From: Heterodontus francisci
Lineage: Eukaryota
NCBI RefSeq assembly: GCF_036365525.1
Contig: NC_090393.1
Coordinates: forward strand, 61,771,907-61,835,906
Length of the DNA stretch: 64,000 nt
Direction: 5' to 3'
Below are positions 1 to 12,039 of this stretch, in pieces. The position numbers were made by a program, and so were the translations under genes. The notes under the pieces are model-generated. The model saw nothing but the letters and a program-made list of their open reading frames with translations. It ran no database searches and had not been told where the DNA came from. The stretch's first letter is position 1. Each line of letters opens with the position of its first letter.

Positions 1-65
1 GGTGGTTGATGGTCGGCACAGACTCGGTGGGCCGAATGGCCTGTTTCAGTGCTGTATCTCTAAAT
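1..65 (+). mobile_element. 3' tail of an HE1-type SINE/CR1 LINE, truncated by the window edge
   Basis: GGGCCGAATGGCCTGTTTCAGTGCTGTATCTCTAAAT matches the reverse complement of the tail of the V-SINE at 25401-25749. Confidence 0.7.
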
Positions 66-367
66 AGGAGCACTGAGGATACTTGTAGATCCCCTATCAC
101 TATGCATCCAGATTGAGAGCAGATTACTCAACACATACTGGGAATTAAACCCAGAACACTCCTGATCTACACAACTCGACCACACAGTGGATAATCCATT
201 TGAGATATTGGGGGAAGCAGCTTATCATTTTCTTAGAGTTTGTAGTCCGGTTTAACACAGCCTTCTGGACTAATAGTGATGGATTGACTCCATTTTCCTC
301 TTTCCCACAACTACAGGGCAGTCACAATGATTTGGTCTGAATGGATAGCTCTGCTCATTGGGGGAAA

Positions 368-747
368 CGGCAGCACAGTAGTTATGTTGCTGGACTAGTG
401 GTGATTCAACAGGCCTGGGGTGTTAATAACATAAATTCAAACCCCACCACAGTATGAATGTAAATTCAGCTAATTAATATATCTAGCATTAAAAAGCTGG
501 TGTCAGTAATGGTGATCACAAAACTACTGGATTGTCCTAAAAACCCATCTGGTTCACTCATGCCCTTTAGGAAGGGAAATCTGCTGGTCTGGCCTAAATG
601 TGACTCCAGACCCACAGCAATGTGGTTGACTTTTAAATGGCCTAACAAGGCTCTCAGTTGTCAAGAGGTAGCTTAAGGGCACCTAAAGGTGGGCAATAAA
701 TGTTGGCCTTGCCAACAACACTCACATCCCCTGAATGAATTAAGAAA
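368..747 (+). mobile_element. tRNA-derived SINE whose 3' tail is shared with the LINE family at 12420-14750 and 40480-41940
   Basis: Head CACAGTAGTTATGTTGCTGGACTAG...TTCAAACCCCACCAC recurs at 48600-48790 and, degenerate, at 11720-11830. The tail GGGCAATAAATGTTGGCCTTGCCAAC...CACATCCC matches the LINE 3' ends. Confidence 0.65.
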
Positions 748-2340
748 TGCTTCCTCACTCTTTTGTGTGCTTGCAGCTCACCACCACCTTCTCAAGGGCA
801 ATTAGGGATGGGCAATAAATGCTGGCCTGGCTCTGAAACCCTTTGCCCTCTATTGTTGCTCTGCTGCCCCTGTCAGCTGGCCCAGTTACATCCCTGATCC
901 AATATGTGACATTGCAGCAGTATTGCAGGCTGAAGTGTGACGGGTTGCAGCAGGTTGGAGGCTGTCCCACGCCCACAGAGTTGTTGCAGTGTCAGGAAGG
1001 TCCTGTATCTGTGGCTCAGAACATGCCCTATCTTGTTTTGACAGTCACTGAGGGCTCAGGTTTCGAAATCAATCACGTTACACAACCATGACCTCACTCC
1101 CTCACTCAGTTTAAATTTCTTCATCGCTCGGTGCACCCGGTTGAGAATTACTGGCAGTAGAGGTGACACTGGGAGCCCAGGGACAGGCAGAAAGATGTGA
1201 GTGCACCTGGGTTGAAGTGAAGGCTCTGCTGGTGACCCTGTGTTGGGGAGACGCGCTCTCCGGGCCGATGGGATTTGATTTGGCTTGTTTCTACACTAAA
1301 GTTTTATACGCGTGCTCGAATACAGAGGAGAAGCTCGGATACAGGTCGCACAATGAGAGTCATGCCTTAGGATTCGAGTGGTGCTGGGTGATAGTGGGGG
1401 CAGGACACTGGGGGGAGGCGGGGGATTGTAGTGGGTTCAGGTAACAGTCGATCTCAGTAACGGAGGAGCAAGGCACTGTCACTTTGCCAGTCAAGCGGCC
1501 CGGGCTTGGGGAAGGTGGATGGAAGATTAAACAGAAACTCAGCACAAGTAGAAGTGATTTGCCTGAGGTTTAAATTAAAATGAGGGAAACTGGGAACTCC
1601 GGGTCTCCCTTTCCCCCCGGTCTGTACTGAGATCGCTGAGCTCAGCCGGGTCGTGGTTGTGGCCAGGTCAAGCCTGGGTTCAAGGGGAGAATCAACCCCT
1701 CAGTCCTATTTGTAGGCACTATCAGGGAATGTTAGAAAGTGCAGGGAATGGGTATAAGAGCGAAGCGGCGTTTATCTGTGATGTTTAACAGTCAGTCCCT
1801 CCCTGCTCAGTCTGAGAACATCGCCCTTTCTGGGATGGGAGAGAGGGAGCGCTGCACCCGGACTGAGTCATGTCTTCAGAGCTGCAATAAAAACCGGCTG
1901 GTTTTGGAAATAAACTCATTTCATTAGAGCGGGGAGAAGGTGTTGATGTCGTTTAAAAACCCAGCAGAAAGTGACAAGGTGAGACTCTCCCCGCTGAAAC
2001 TGACCAGCAGGAGCCGGAAGGCGGGGGAGAGGGTGTGGGGGTTAATCGGCGTCTATAAGGTACCATTAATCCATCCCCTGTGGAAATAGAACTGAAGTGC
2101 AGTTTAAACAGGACAGGAAGAGTCATGTCTGCTCTCTCTTATCCTGATTTCCTTTTCTCTCTGTGTCCTTTCTGGCTTTCAGTTCTGTTCCCACCCGCCC
2201 TCTATGTCACCATGTTCCTCCACAGGAGTTTTTGGGAGATGAGGGGAGAACTGAGAGGAAAGGAAAGGGGGAAATGGTTCCTGTCTGATCATGAATTGTT
2301 TTTTGTTGCAGCTTGATTTAACGAGATCGCTGGGTGTGAG

Positions 2341-2355
2341 ATGGCATCTCCTGTG
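2341..2355 (+). CDS. Plex9-like DEDDh exonuclease, coding exon 1 (MASPV); the exon starts at 2312
   Basis: Acceptor TTTTTGTTGCAG ends at 2311. ATG is in strong Kozak context (GAGATGG) with an in-frame upstream TGA at 2314-2316. Donor GTGAGC at 2356 is phase 0, matching the phase-0 acceptor at 4213. Confidence 0.65.
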
Positions 2356-3499
2356 GTGAGCATTTATGAGAGGCTGCTGTCCACACGGTCTGAAGGTTGG
2401 AAATAAGGGTCCTGGGCACCTAACCACTAGACCAATGGTTCTCAAACTTTTCTATCTACTGGTCATGCCCCAACCCGCTTTCACTGCAAAAAATCTCATC
2501 AGAATTATTGGGAAGTGTATACACTTATGGAAACTGTAAATATTTTGCTGCTAAAAGTAATAAATATATGCACATTAATTTTTTAATTAAATATCATAAG
2601 TAAATTATTCATTCATGCCAGAAATAGAAGTATAGACATTTTCATGTTATAAACATTAATACTACAAGGAAACATGTTTATTTGAAACATTCTAATATGT
2701 GTAATAAAATTATCACAATAATCCTCTTCTGAGAAACTATTACTTATCTTTATTAACCAAACAAAATCAACAGTAACATAAATCTTGCTGACAAAAACTA
2801 CTCTGTTGTTGCTTATGATGACTGGGGCCATGAGCACGGGTGTCGGTCTGGTTGTGTGATGTCGGGTGAGTGGTGGGGTCAAGGGTTCTGGCCTGTTCTC
2901 TCATATGGCCTCAGCCATGGCGTTGCATATTAATGACTTGCATTTTGGACAAGCCTGTGGACCACCTGGAGGACCCTCATGAACCCCACTGAGAACCACT
3001 GACCTAGATCATTCTCCAAACCTTCTGTATACGTAGAAATAAATGATGCATAGATCTCAATACCACAAGACTTCACTGCCCTTCACCTGAGACCCAGGCT
3101 TGAATATGGGGATAAAAGTCTCCATTGTAAGGGGCTAATATAAGTTTGGAGTGGGGCTGAGCCTGGTTGCGGATGGAATTAAATTGGCTCTAAATGGAAT
3201 GGGCCAGAAATACTGTGAGGTTTCTGTTGGCATCTCGCACAATTCCAGTGGGAGACAGGACCAGCACCCATGGAAAAGCAGCCCTTACTCTGTCTCCCCT
3301 CGGAGTTTCAGCTAGAGGTTGGGGGAACCCCCATGAAATCTCACAGCTGATGTCTCTTTTCAAAAGGCCACAGGATGTGGTTGTTGGAAGATATCGCTTC
3401 AGTGTAGTCAAGGGCACTTTTCTTGATGTTAGGATTAAGGGATATTATTAGGACAGAGGAAGATACAAATGTTCTGCCTCCACTTTCCTGAACCACAGG

Positions 3500-3890
3500 A
3501 TCCTTCTCTCCTTTGCCACAATTCCAGGTTCCCCCTCCTCCTCTGTTATTTTGTTTACTATTTAATATTTAACTACCCACCTTTTGTTTTCTTACTTGTC
3601 CCATTACCAACCCCTTTTACCTTGCACCATCATCCCTTTTGCCATTTCATCATTCCTGCTCCCCACCCTATATTTGACTTTTCCTTTTGTTCTCCCCAGG
3701 CCACCATTTTTTCCTATACGTGTTTAAATCTGTTCACCTCTAACAACTTCCACTTCTGACAAAAGATCATCCATCTGAAATATTAACTCTTTCCCTTCAC
3801 TGATGCTGCCTGACGTGCTGTCTGTTCCTGGCATTTTCTGGTTTTATTTCAGCTTTCCAACATCTACAATATTTTGCTTTTTGTTTTAGC
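3500..3890 (+). mobile_element. Penelope-associated terminal-repeat-like fragment
   Basis: TTCTGACAAAAGATCATCCATCTGAAATATTAACTCT...GATGCTGCCTGAC...GCATTTTCTGGTTTTATTTCAG resembles 53000-53410 and the flank of the Penelope RT remnant at 46500-47370. Confidence 0.45.
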
Positions 3891-4212
3891 TAGCATCACA
3901 GTCTGTCCAAGGTATTCAAAATCCTTCACACAGGAAATAAGGATTCTTTATTCTGTGGGGTTTAACCTTTATCCCTGATTTTCATTGGTTCCCAAGTGGA
4001 GGAAACATTGATATTTGTAACTGAGTATATTTGATTGCTCTAGCACTGTGATTGCGACACAAACAGCATAGATCCTGCGACGATTTGATGGTTTATCACC
4101 ACCAGATCTTAACAGCACACTTCACCTGACTCCCACAAAATTATAGAATGATTTTATGCAAATAACAATGCTGAAATTTGTCCAGCTGGTAAATCCTGTC
4201 TGTTTGCTTTAG

Positions 4213-4369
4213 AAAACACAGGTTCCAGAGGATCAAGTGACAGAGACAGCACCAAGTGATGCCAGCAATGCTGTACCTAGTACTGAGACATCCTGCAATG
4301 AACCCAGTGTCCCTGCAGGGAGCACAGAGGAGACCCTGGTGTTCTTTGACCTGGAAACCACAGGCCTAG
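4213..4369 (+). CDS. Plex9-like DEDDh exonuclease, coding exon 2 (low-complexity linker plus ExoI motif LVFFDLETTGL)
   Basis: Acceptor TTTGCTTTAG, donor GTAATG at 4370 (phase 1). Translates KTQVPEDQ...STEETLVFFDLETTGL, equivalent to human PML exon 8a (RPLVFFDLKIDNE). Confidence 0.9.
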
Positions 4370-4547
4370 GTAATGACCATCTGATCTGAGTGAGACTCCT
4401 TCAGCTTTGTACTAAGGAGCTGCATCACACTGTGGCACCTTTTTGCTTTCTGCGTACACCAGTTTGCATTTGTGCAGAGACTTCAACATAACAAAAGAAA
4501 GAAGCTTCACAGGAGAACAAATAATGATAACTTGGGGGTGATGAACA

Positions 4548-5260
4548 TTCCCAGCCCGGTGGATCCGTGTCTCACTCCCAGCCCGGTCTATTTCTGTCTC
4601 ACTCCCAGCCCGGTCTATTTCTGTCTCACTCCCAGCCCGGTCTATTCCTGTCTCACTCCCAGCCCGGTCTATTTCTGTCTCACTCCCAGCCCGGTCTATT
4701 TCTGTCTCACTCCCAGCCCGGTCTATTCCTGTCTCACTCCCAGTCCGGTCTATTCCTGTCTCACTCCCAGTCCGGTCTATTCCTGTCTCACTCCCAGCCC
4801 GGTCTATTCCCGTCTCACTCCCAGCCCGGTCTATTTCTGTCTCACTCCCAGCCCGGTCTATTTCTGTCTCACTCCCAGCCCAGTGTATTCGTGTCTCACT
4901 CCAGCCCGGTGTAGCCGTGTCTCACTCCCAGCCCAGCCAATCCGAGTCTTGCTCCCAGCCCGGTGTATCCGCGTCTCACTCCCAGCCTGATGTATCCGCA
5001 TCTCACTCCCAGCACGGTGTATCCGCGTCTCACTCCCAGCCCAGTGTATTCGCGTCTCACTCCCAGCCTGATGTATCCGCGTCTCACTCCCAGCCCAGTG
5101 TATTCGTGTCTCACTCCCAGCCTGATGTATCCGCGTCTCACTCCTGGCCCAGTGTATCTGTGTCTCACTCCCAGCCTGATGTATCCGAGTCTCACTCCTG
5201 GCCCAGTGTATCTGTGTCTCACTCCCAGCCTGATGTATCCGAGTCTCACTCACAGCCCAG
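4548..5260. repeat. 27-bp intronic minisatellite, about 26 units
   Basis: Unit GTCTCACTCCCAGCCCGGTCTATTTCT in the 5' half, grading to GTCTCACTCCCAGCCTGATGTATCCGC and CCAGTGTATTCG variants in the 3' half. Confidence 0.95.
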
Positions 5261-5346
5261 TTCTGTTGAATGTAGCAGAATCAGTTGGTCTGTAACATTC
5301 AGTTTGGAAAGGAAGGTTGTACTTTAACATTATATCTGTCTTCCAG

Positions 5347-6086
5347 AAAAAGATTGTGACATTGTGCAGCTGTCGGCAGTGAGTGGTGAGAAGATCTTCA
5401 ATAAGTACATCCTGCCCAGCAGACCCATGTCGGCAGGTGCTGTGACCATTACTGGAATACAGATCATGGGTGGAATCTTGTACCTGAGAGGACAACCTCA
5501 ACCCACCTGCAGTCTCCAGGAAGCCATGACAGCTTTCCTCCAGTTCCTGCAGTCTCTGGACAGGCCTCTGTTAGCAGGCCACAACATCTGGAAATTTGAC
5601 GGGCCAATTATTCTAAGAGCCTGGCAAGAGATTTCCATAAAAAATGAATTTGCCAGATGTGTGACTGGATTCCTGGATACACTACTGCTGGCCCAGGACA
5701 TTATTCCTAAGTCAGAGGTCAAGAGCTATAAGCAAACTGAATTAGTGCAAACTTTTCTTAAGAAAGGTTATGAAGCTCACAACGCTATAGAAGATGTGAA
5801 GAGTTTGCAGGAGCTATACTCTGTTCTAAAATTTACTTCAGAGCAGAAGCAGAACAGTCAGTTTTCTTTCTCTCAGCTTGAAAGTCATGTGTCTCTGCAG
5901 CCTCTCCTTGATGATAAAATACTATTCTTTCAGTTTGCTGATAAACTTGCAAAGCAGGAAATTAGTCTTGAAAAGTTGAAATTAACATATCAGCAAGATG
6001 GTGAGTCAGGTCTGAAAACCCTTCTCCAGTCTCTGGGACACTCGGGGCCTAATTACATCAGACTCTCAAACTTTTTCAGTCGGTGA
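5347..6086 (+). CDS. Plex9-like DEDDh exonuclease, coding exon 3 (PML exon 9-like exonuclease core)
   Basis: Acceptor TCTTCCAG in phase 1 gives E-KDCDIVQLSAV. ExoII GHNIWKFD, FLDTL, YKQTEL and ExoIII AHNAIED are present, ending at TGA 6084-6086. Spliced CDS 15+157+740=912 nt, 303 aa. Confidence 0.92.
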
Positions 6087-6326
6087 AAGGGCTGCTCGTG
6101 TATTTGTGCTCTGTTAACCCGCCATGGAGTTGACACAATAACAATGACGCACCTTCCTCTCGATAAGCAACTAACACACACACTCTTCCTAATACCTAAG
6201 ACACAAATGATTTCCTCACCCCGTCTTACTTGCTAATTGCTTCAGATCTCTGTGCTGTTTGAATCATATTGCTGTTTTTATATATATATGTAGGTGTTTG
6301 TGCAATGTTACATGATCTAAATCCTC

Positions 6327-6332
6327 AATAAA
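6327..6332 (+). terminator. Candidate polyadenylation signal of the exonuclease gene
   Basis: AATAAA about 240 nt after the stop codon, followed by T/GT-rich sequence (GACTTTTGGTTACTTG). Confidence 0.6.
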
Positions 6333-6733
6333 TAATATTTTAAAAAACATGACTTTTGGTTACTTGATCTACCTCCAGTATGGGCACAGGGTGAATGTGT
6401 GAGAGTAACAGGAGAGCAGCTACCTGAGTAAGTGCACCAGGGAAGTTCTGAGGTGTGAATGCGTCAGTACATAGACAGCCTTCTTTGGAGATGGGACATT
6501 ACTGGGTCATATTCGAGCCAGCCACCAGTGGGTGGGGGGGGGGGGGGCGGTGGCGGTCAGGCAGGGTGCTGTTGGGTGGTTCCAGCCAGCCACTGAAAGT
6601 ACAGGGGTCATATAGTATGCTCTCTCATGTATGCTGGAGGTGATACTCATGCTAGAGCACAGCTCCACAGACACAAGCCCACCTCAGGTATCTCGGCCAG
6701 CAGCTGTACTTCAGATGTAAGTTTAGGCTCACT

Positions 6734-7377
6734 AGGCTGAATTTTATGAGCTGCCGAGGGATGGGAATGGAGGCAGGGGGGCCCATAAAATTATGTGGGA
6801 AGGTGGGCATGGAGTGTCCATTGTCTTCCTGATGCCTTCTGGTTTAGTCCGGGGTGGGGAAGGCTGAGGACAGTCTTCCTGCCCCAGGCCAATTGAGGCC
6901 ACTTAAGGCCTCTTCTCGCCTCCACCTCAATTTTAGCAGGGGGAGGTCTCCTCCTTTGGGGGCAATTGAGGGCCTCTAAAGGGACCCCCGGTGGCGATAA
7001 CCATCCCCACCCAGAAAAACCTCATCCCACACCCACCAATACCAACCCCCATCCTGTTGCCGTGGCCTGACGGAATGGCCCCGGCGACCCTGACACCCTG
7101 TAATGGGGTCTTCATCACTCCTCCTCGGCAGGACCTCCTGCAGTACCACCAATGGCCACCACTCCTGGTGGTGCTGCTGGTAGTGCAGAGCTGCCGGCCC
7201 TGCAATTGGCCAGAAGCTGTGGAGGTGGGAGCACATCCCTTAAAGGGACGGTGTTCCCAATGGTGGGCAGTTAATTGGTTGCCTGCGTTAAGGGGGTTCA
7301 ATGAAGGGCTGAAGTGGGGTTCCCCTCACCTTCCAGCCCACCACCAGAACCCACATCACAGGAATAAAGTCTGGCCC
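6734..7377. mobile_element. Non-autonomous DNA transposon (MITE-like)
   Basis: Imperfect terminal inverted repeats AGGCTGAATTTTAT and ATAAAGTCTGGCCC around a GC-rich non-coding interior; similar ends at 16473-17000 and 26251-26927. Confidence 0.4.
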
Positions 7378-8609
7378 ACTGTCCAAATCTCACTGCCAAG
7401 CCCGATCCTGTCCTCACATCCACCATTCTCTGCACGAGCTGTCGGTTAGTGATCAGGAGCAGGAACTCTCACTGATTTGACCTCCCATTAGCCTGGGATG
7501 CAGATTTGCTCTGGTGGCAAGCTCAGTGATCTAATCCTGACAAGAATAGTAGCATTTTTTGATTATTTGCAGTGATACATATTTATTTAAAAATAACAAA
7601 ACAAACTGATGGACATTCAGTCGGCAGGAGGCTGTAGCATCTGGGAAGAAAAGTCAAACAAGGAACGTTGTAGGGTGTATGGGTGTCAGGCCAGGAATGG
7701 TGTAGGGTGGATGGAGGCTAGGCCTGGGTGGGTGGGGGTCAGAGATGGTGTAGGGTAGTGGGGGGGGGGGGGGGGTGCAGAATGGGTGGGAAGGTCAGCA
7801 TGTTGGAGGAGATGTTCTTCTTGTAATGTCACCAACAGGAGACATCAGGGGCAGAAAGAAATTGATCGCATCGCACTAGAAACACCATAAACTCGCCTAG
7901 CTGAAAGAGATATCGATGCTTGTGGCCCCACAGAGAGAAACCCCTCAAAAATCCTACCCTGGCATCTCAAGATAAACGAAAGCAGGAGTATTTTACCAGA
8001 CACAAGAAACAAAGTTTGCTGTCAGATTGATGGAAAGAGTAATGGAGAAGAGGATTGTGAATCGATGTGGTAGTGTTCGCAAGGACTGTTTTATTTCAGG
8101 GTCAGAATGATCCAGGACAACACAGGGTCTTTGAGATAGTCACAGGATGGCTCTGATATTTACTGAGCTGCACATTCAGAGCGGGGGTGGGGTGGGGGTG
8201 GTGTTGTTGGAGGGATAGGGGAGAGGTAGGAATTATGCTTGGGAAACCAGGAAGTACGGTGAGGTAGAGAGGCAGAACGAGATTGCGGTTGAGGGAGGGG
8301 ATGATTCTGTGGGGGGAGATCACAGGAGGCAACCAAGATGGTGATCAGGCGGAGACATGATGGTGGTTGGAGGGTAGTGCCAGGTAGGTGGGGAGATTGT
8401 GGTCTAGGTTAGTGGCAGATGGATTGTGGAGGGTTTACAAGTTACCTCATTGAGCTGTGAGGGAAACACTCCTGCTCCTCCTGGCACATAAGCAGTGCTG
8501 GAAGGACACTTACCTTATCGACCCAGCCCTTCTTGCCTCCTTTTACATGAACAGGTTTCTTGAGGCCCTGAAAACTGACCAACATTAGTTAAAAATAAAA
8601 ATCTTGCTA

Positions 8610-8940
8610 ATATGGAGCCACACAGAATACTGTGCCCAGTTTTGGTCCCCTCACATTATGGGATAAACAAAAGTCCTTGAGAAGCTCCAGAGGAGGTCCA
8701 CTGGAATGATACCCCATCTTACAGGTCTTTGACATCAGTACAGGTTCAGAGAACTGGGGCTTTTAAAAATAGCAAGTGTAGACTTTGAGGTGACATGGTT
8801 AAAGTTTTTAGAAAGAAGATGGGAATGAATTCTTTTCTTGCAAATTGGGTTTTTGAGCTGGATTGGGGGGAGAGGACTGGGGAGTCAGTACAAAATAAGA
8901 AAGCAGAGAGTTAGCTTAGACACCAGGGAGCACTTTTTGC
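8610..8940 (+). mobile_element. Old degenerate CR1 RT 3' fragment
   Basis: GAATACTGTGCCCAGTTTTGGTCCCCTCAC (EYCAQFWSPH) followed by degenerate downstream CR1 motifs. Confidence 0.6.
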
Positions 8941-8943
8941 AGC

Positions 8944-11400
8944 ATCATAGAATCATAGAATGGTTGCAGCACAGAAGGAGGCCATTTGGCCTGTCGTGTC
9001 TGTGCCAGCTCTGTGCAACAGCATCTCATCTAGTCCCACACCCCCACCTTTCCCCCGTAACCCTGCAATGTTTCTTTATTCAGATAATTATCCAATTCCC
9101 TTTTGAAAACCACAATTGAATCTGCCTCCACCACACTCTCAGGCAGTGCATTCCAGATCCTAACCACTCACTGCATGAAAAATTTATCCCTCGCATCGCC
9201 ATTCCTTCTTTTGTCATTCACCTTAACTCGGTGTCCTCTGGTTCTCAACCCTTCCGCCAAGGGGAACAGTTTCTCTCCATTTACTCTGTTTAGACCCCGC
9301 ATGAATTTGAACACCTCTATCAAATCTCCTGTTAATCTCTTTTCCAAGCAGAACAGATCCAGCTTCTCCAATCTATCCACATAACTGAAGTCTCTCATCC
9401 CCGGAACCATTCTGGTTAATCTTTTCTGCACCCTCTCGAAAGTCTTCACAAATTTTCTAAAGTGTGGTGCCTAGAATTGGACACAATCCTCCATCTGAGG
9501 CCGAAACAGAGTTTTTCATAAAGGTTCACCATAACTTCCTTTCTTTTGTATTCTATGCCTCTGTTTATAAAGCCCAAGATCCCTTATGCCTTATTTAACT
9601 CTTTCTCAACCTGCCACCTTTAATGATTTGTGCACATATACCCCCAGGTTCCTCTGCTCTTGCACCCCATTTAAGATTGTACTCTTTATTTTATATTGCC
9701 TTTCCTCATTCTTCCTACCAAAATATATCACTTCACACTTCCCTGCATTAAATTTTATCTGCCATGTGTCTGCTCATTCCACCAGCCTGTCGATGTCGTC
9801 TTGAAGTCTATCACTATCCTCCTCATAGTTCACAATACTTCCAAGTTTTGTGTCATCCGCAAATTTTGAAATTGTACCCTGTACACCAAAGTCAAGATCA
9901 TTAATATAGATCAAGAAAAGCATGGATCCTAACACTGACCCCTGGGGAACCCCACTACATACCTTCCTCCAGTCTGAAAAACAACTGTTCACCACTAGTC
10001 CCTGTTTCCTGTCACTCAGCCAACATCGTAACCATGCTGCCACTGTCCCTTTTATTCAATGAGCTTTAATTTTGCTGATAAGTCTGTCATGTGGAACTTT
10101 ATCAAATGCCTTTTGGAAGTCCATATACTGCATTGCCCTCATCTACCCTCTCTGTCACCTCATCAAAAAACTCAATCAAATTAGTCAAACATGATTTACC
10201 CTTAAAAAAACTCCATGCTGGCTTTCTTTAATTAATCCGCATTCGTCCAAGTGACTTTTAATTTTGTCCCGGCTTATTGTTTCTAAAACCTTTCCCACCA
10301 CTGGGGGAGGTTAAACTGACTGACACATAGTTGCTGAGTTTATCCTTACACCTTTTTTGAACAAAGGTGTAACATTTGCAATTCTCCAGTGCTCTGGCAC
10401 CATCCCTGTATCTAAGGAGGATTGGAAGATTATGGTCAGTGCCTCTGCAATTTCCACCCTTACTTCCCTCAGTTTCCTCAGATGCACTTGATCCAGTCCT
10501 AGTGACTTATCAATGTTAAGTAGAACCAGCCTCTCTGAAACCTGCTCTTTATCAATTTTTAACCCATTCAGTATCCCAGCTACCTCCTCTTTCACTATGA
10601 CTTTGGCAGCATCTTGGTAAAGACAGATGAAAAGTGCTCATTAAGTACAAGGAGCAATCTAGAGTAAAAATAATTAATTGGGGGAGGGTCAATTTCAATA
10701 GGGTGAGCACATATCTGGCCCAGGTAAAATGGAATTAGATTGGTTGGCAAAACTGTAACAGAAAAATGGGTAGCGTTTAAAGAAGAGATGGTTTGGGTAC
10801 AGTCGAGGTACATTCCCAAGAGGGGGAAAGGTGGGACAATCAAAGCCAGAGCTCCCAGGATTATTTATTAATTATTTTTACTCAGAATTGCTCCTTGTCC
10901 TTTTCCGTACCTAAACCTTATGATACTATGATCACTGTCCCCTAAATGTTCTCTGACTGACATGTGATTCAATTGGCCCACTTCATTCCCCAGAACCAGA
11001 TCCAGCAATGCCTCCTTCCTCATTGGGCCAGAAACATAGTGATCTAGAAAATTCTCCTGAACAACACTTCATATACTCTTCTCCCTCTCTTCCCTTTACA
11101 CTATTACTATCCCAGTCTATAATTAGGATAATTAAGGTCCCCCATTATAACTACTCTATCATTCTTGCACCTCTCTGTAATTTCCTTTCAATTTTGTATC
11201 TCTATATCTTTCCCCCTAGACGGTGGCCTATAGAATACACCCAGTAGTGTAATGGTACGTCTATTGTTTCTTAGCTTTAATTAAATAGATTCCGTCCTTG
11301 ACCCGTCTTGGACATCCTCTCTCTCCTTAATTAATATTGCCACTGTTCCTCCTTTCTTTTCTTCTCCATCTTTCCTGAAACAGATTACCAGGACTTTAAG
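8944..11400 (-). mobile_element. CR1 LINE, 5' truncated and degenerate, with an internally inverted segment at about 10645-10860
   Basis: Minus-strand ORF pieces contain [31 protein letters not shown] and RLTGDLIEVFK; CATAGAAT-type tail at 8944-8960. Confidence 0.9.
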
Positions 11401-12039
11401 TGAGCATGGTTTCAGTGCAAGCTTCAAAAGGGAGTTGAATGAGATCCTGTGACTGGAAAACATCAAGCAGTATAGAAGGTATGTGGGTTGGCTGTGACTT
11501 GCAAAGCAAGTGGTAGTGGGGGGAGGGGGGGTGGTGTGGAGTGGCAGGGCGTGGGGGTGGGGGTGAGGCTGGGGGACAGTCATATCCCTTGTAGCACCTT
11601 GGAAGGATCCAGTAGAATGAAAGATCAATGCTGTTATTAAAGTAACCAGGCAGGCCATTGCCAGTCCTGGGTGTGGCCTGCAGATCTTCTGTAACTACCT
11701 TATCGGTGAGTCCTAATCTAGGACTAGCAGTGTAGTGGCTATGTCACTGAACGAGCAAACCAGTGGATTGTAGTAATTTTTGAATTTCAATCCCATCATA
11801 GCAGTTTGAGACTTTGGATTCAGTTTCCTGTGCTACACCTATCCTGAGAATTAATTTAAAATTCATCTTTTATATTTTTTGTCTTTAAAGCAAATAGGAT
11901 ATTTATTCTATTAAACTTGATTGTTTTAATCTCTCCATGACAACTGCATGTACAGTTTTACTCCTCCTACTTCAGGTCCAATGCCTCTTCCTGTAGTTAC
12001 AGTCAGCAGTACACACTCCCTCCCCTCCCCACTTAGTAT

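Noticed and set aside
1163-1444. 93-aa ORF as an upstream coding exon of the exonuclease
   Set aside because: No recognisable domain, and the next exon has an in-frame TGA before its ATG; more likely 5' UTR or promoter.
4548-5260. CRISPR-like regular repeat
   Set aside because: Units are directly tandem with no unique spacers; vertebrate DNA with no cas genes. The same applies to 38510-39082.
4472-5327. Six long ORFs on both strands (LTPSPVYFC, SHSQPG, SETRIH repeats)
   Set aside because: Artefacts of a stop-free 27-bp minisatellite inside an intron with good splice sites.
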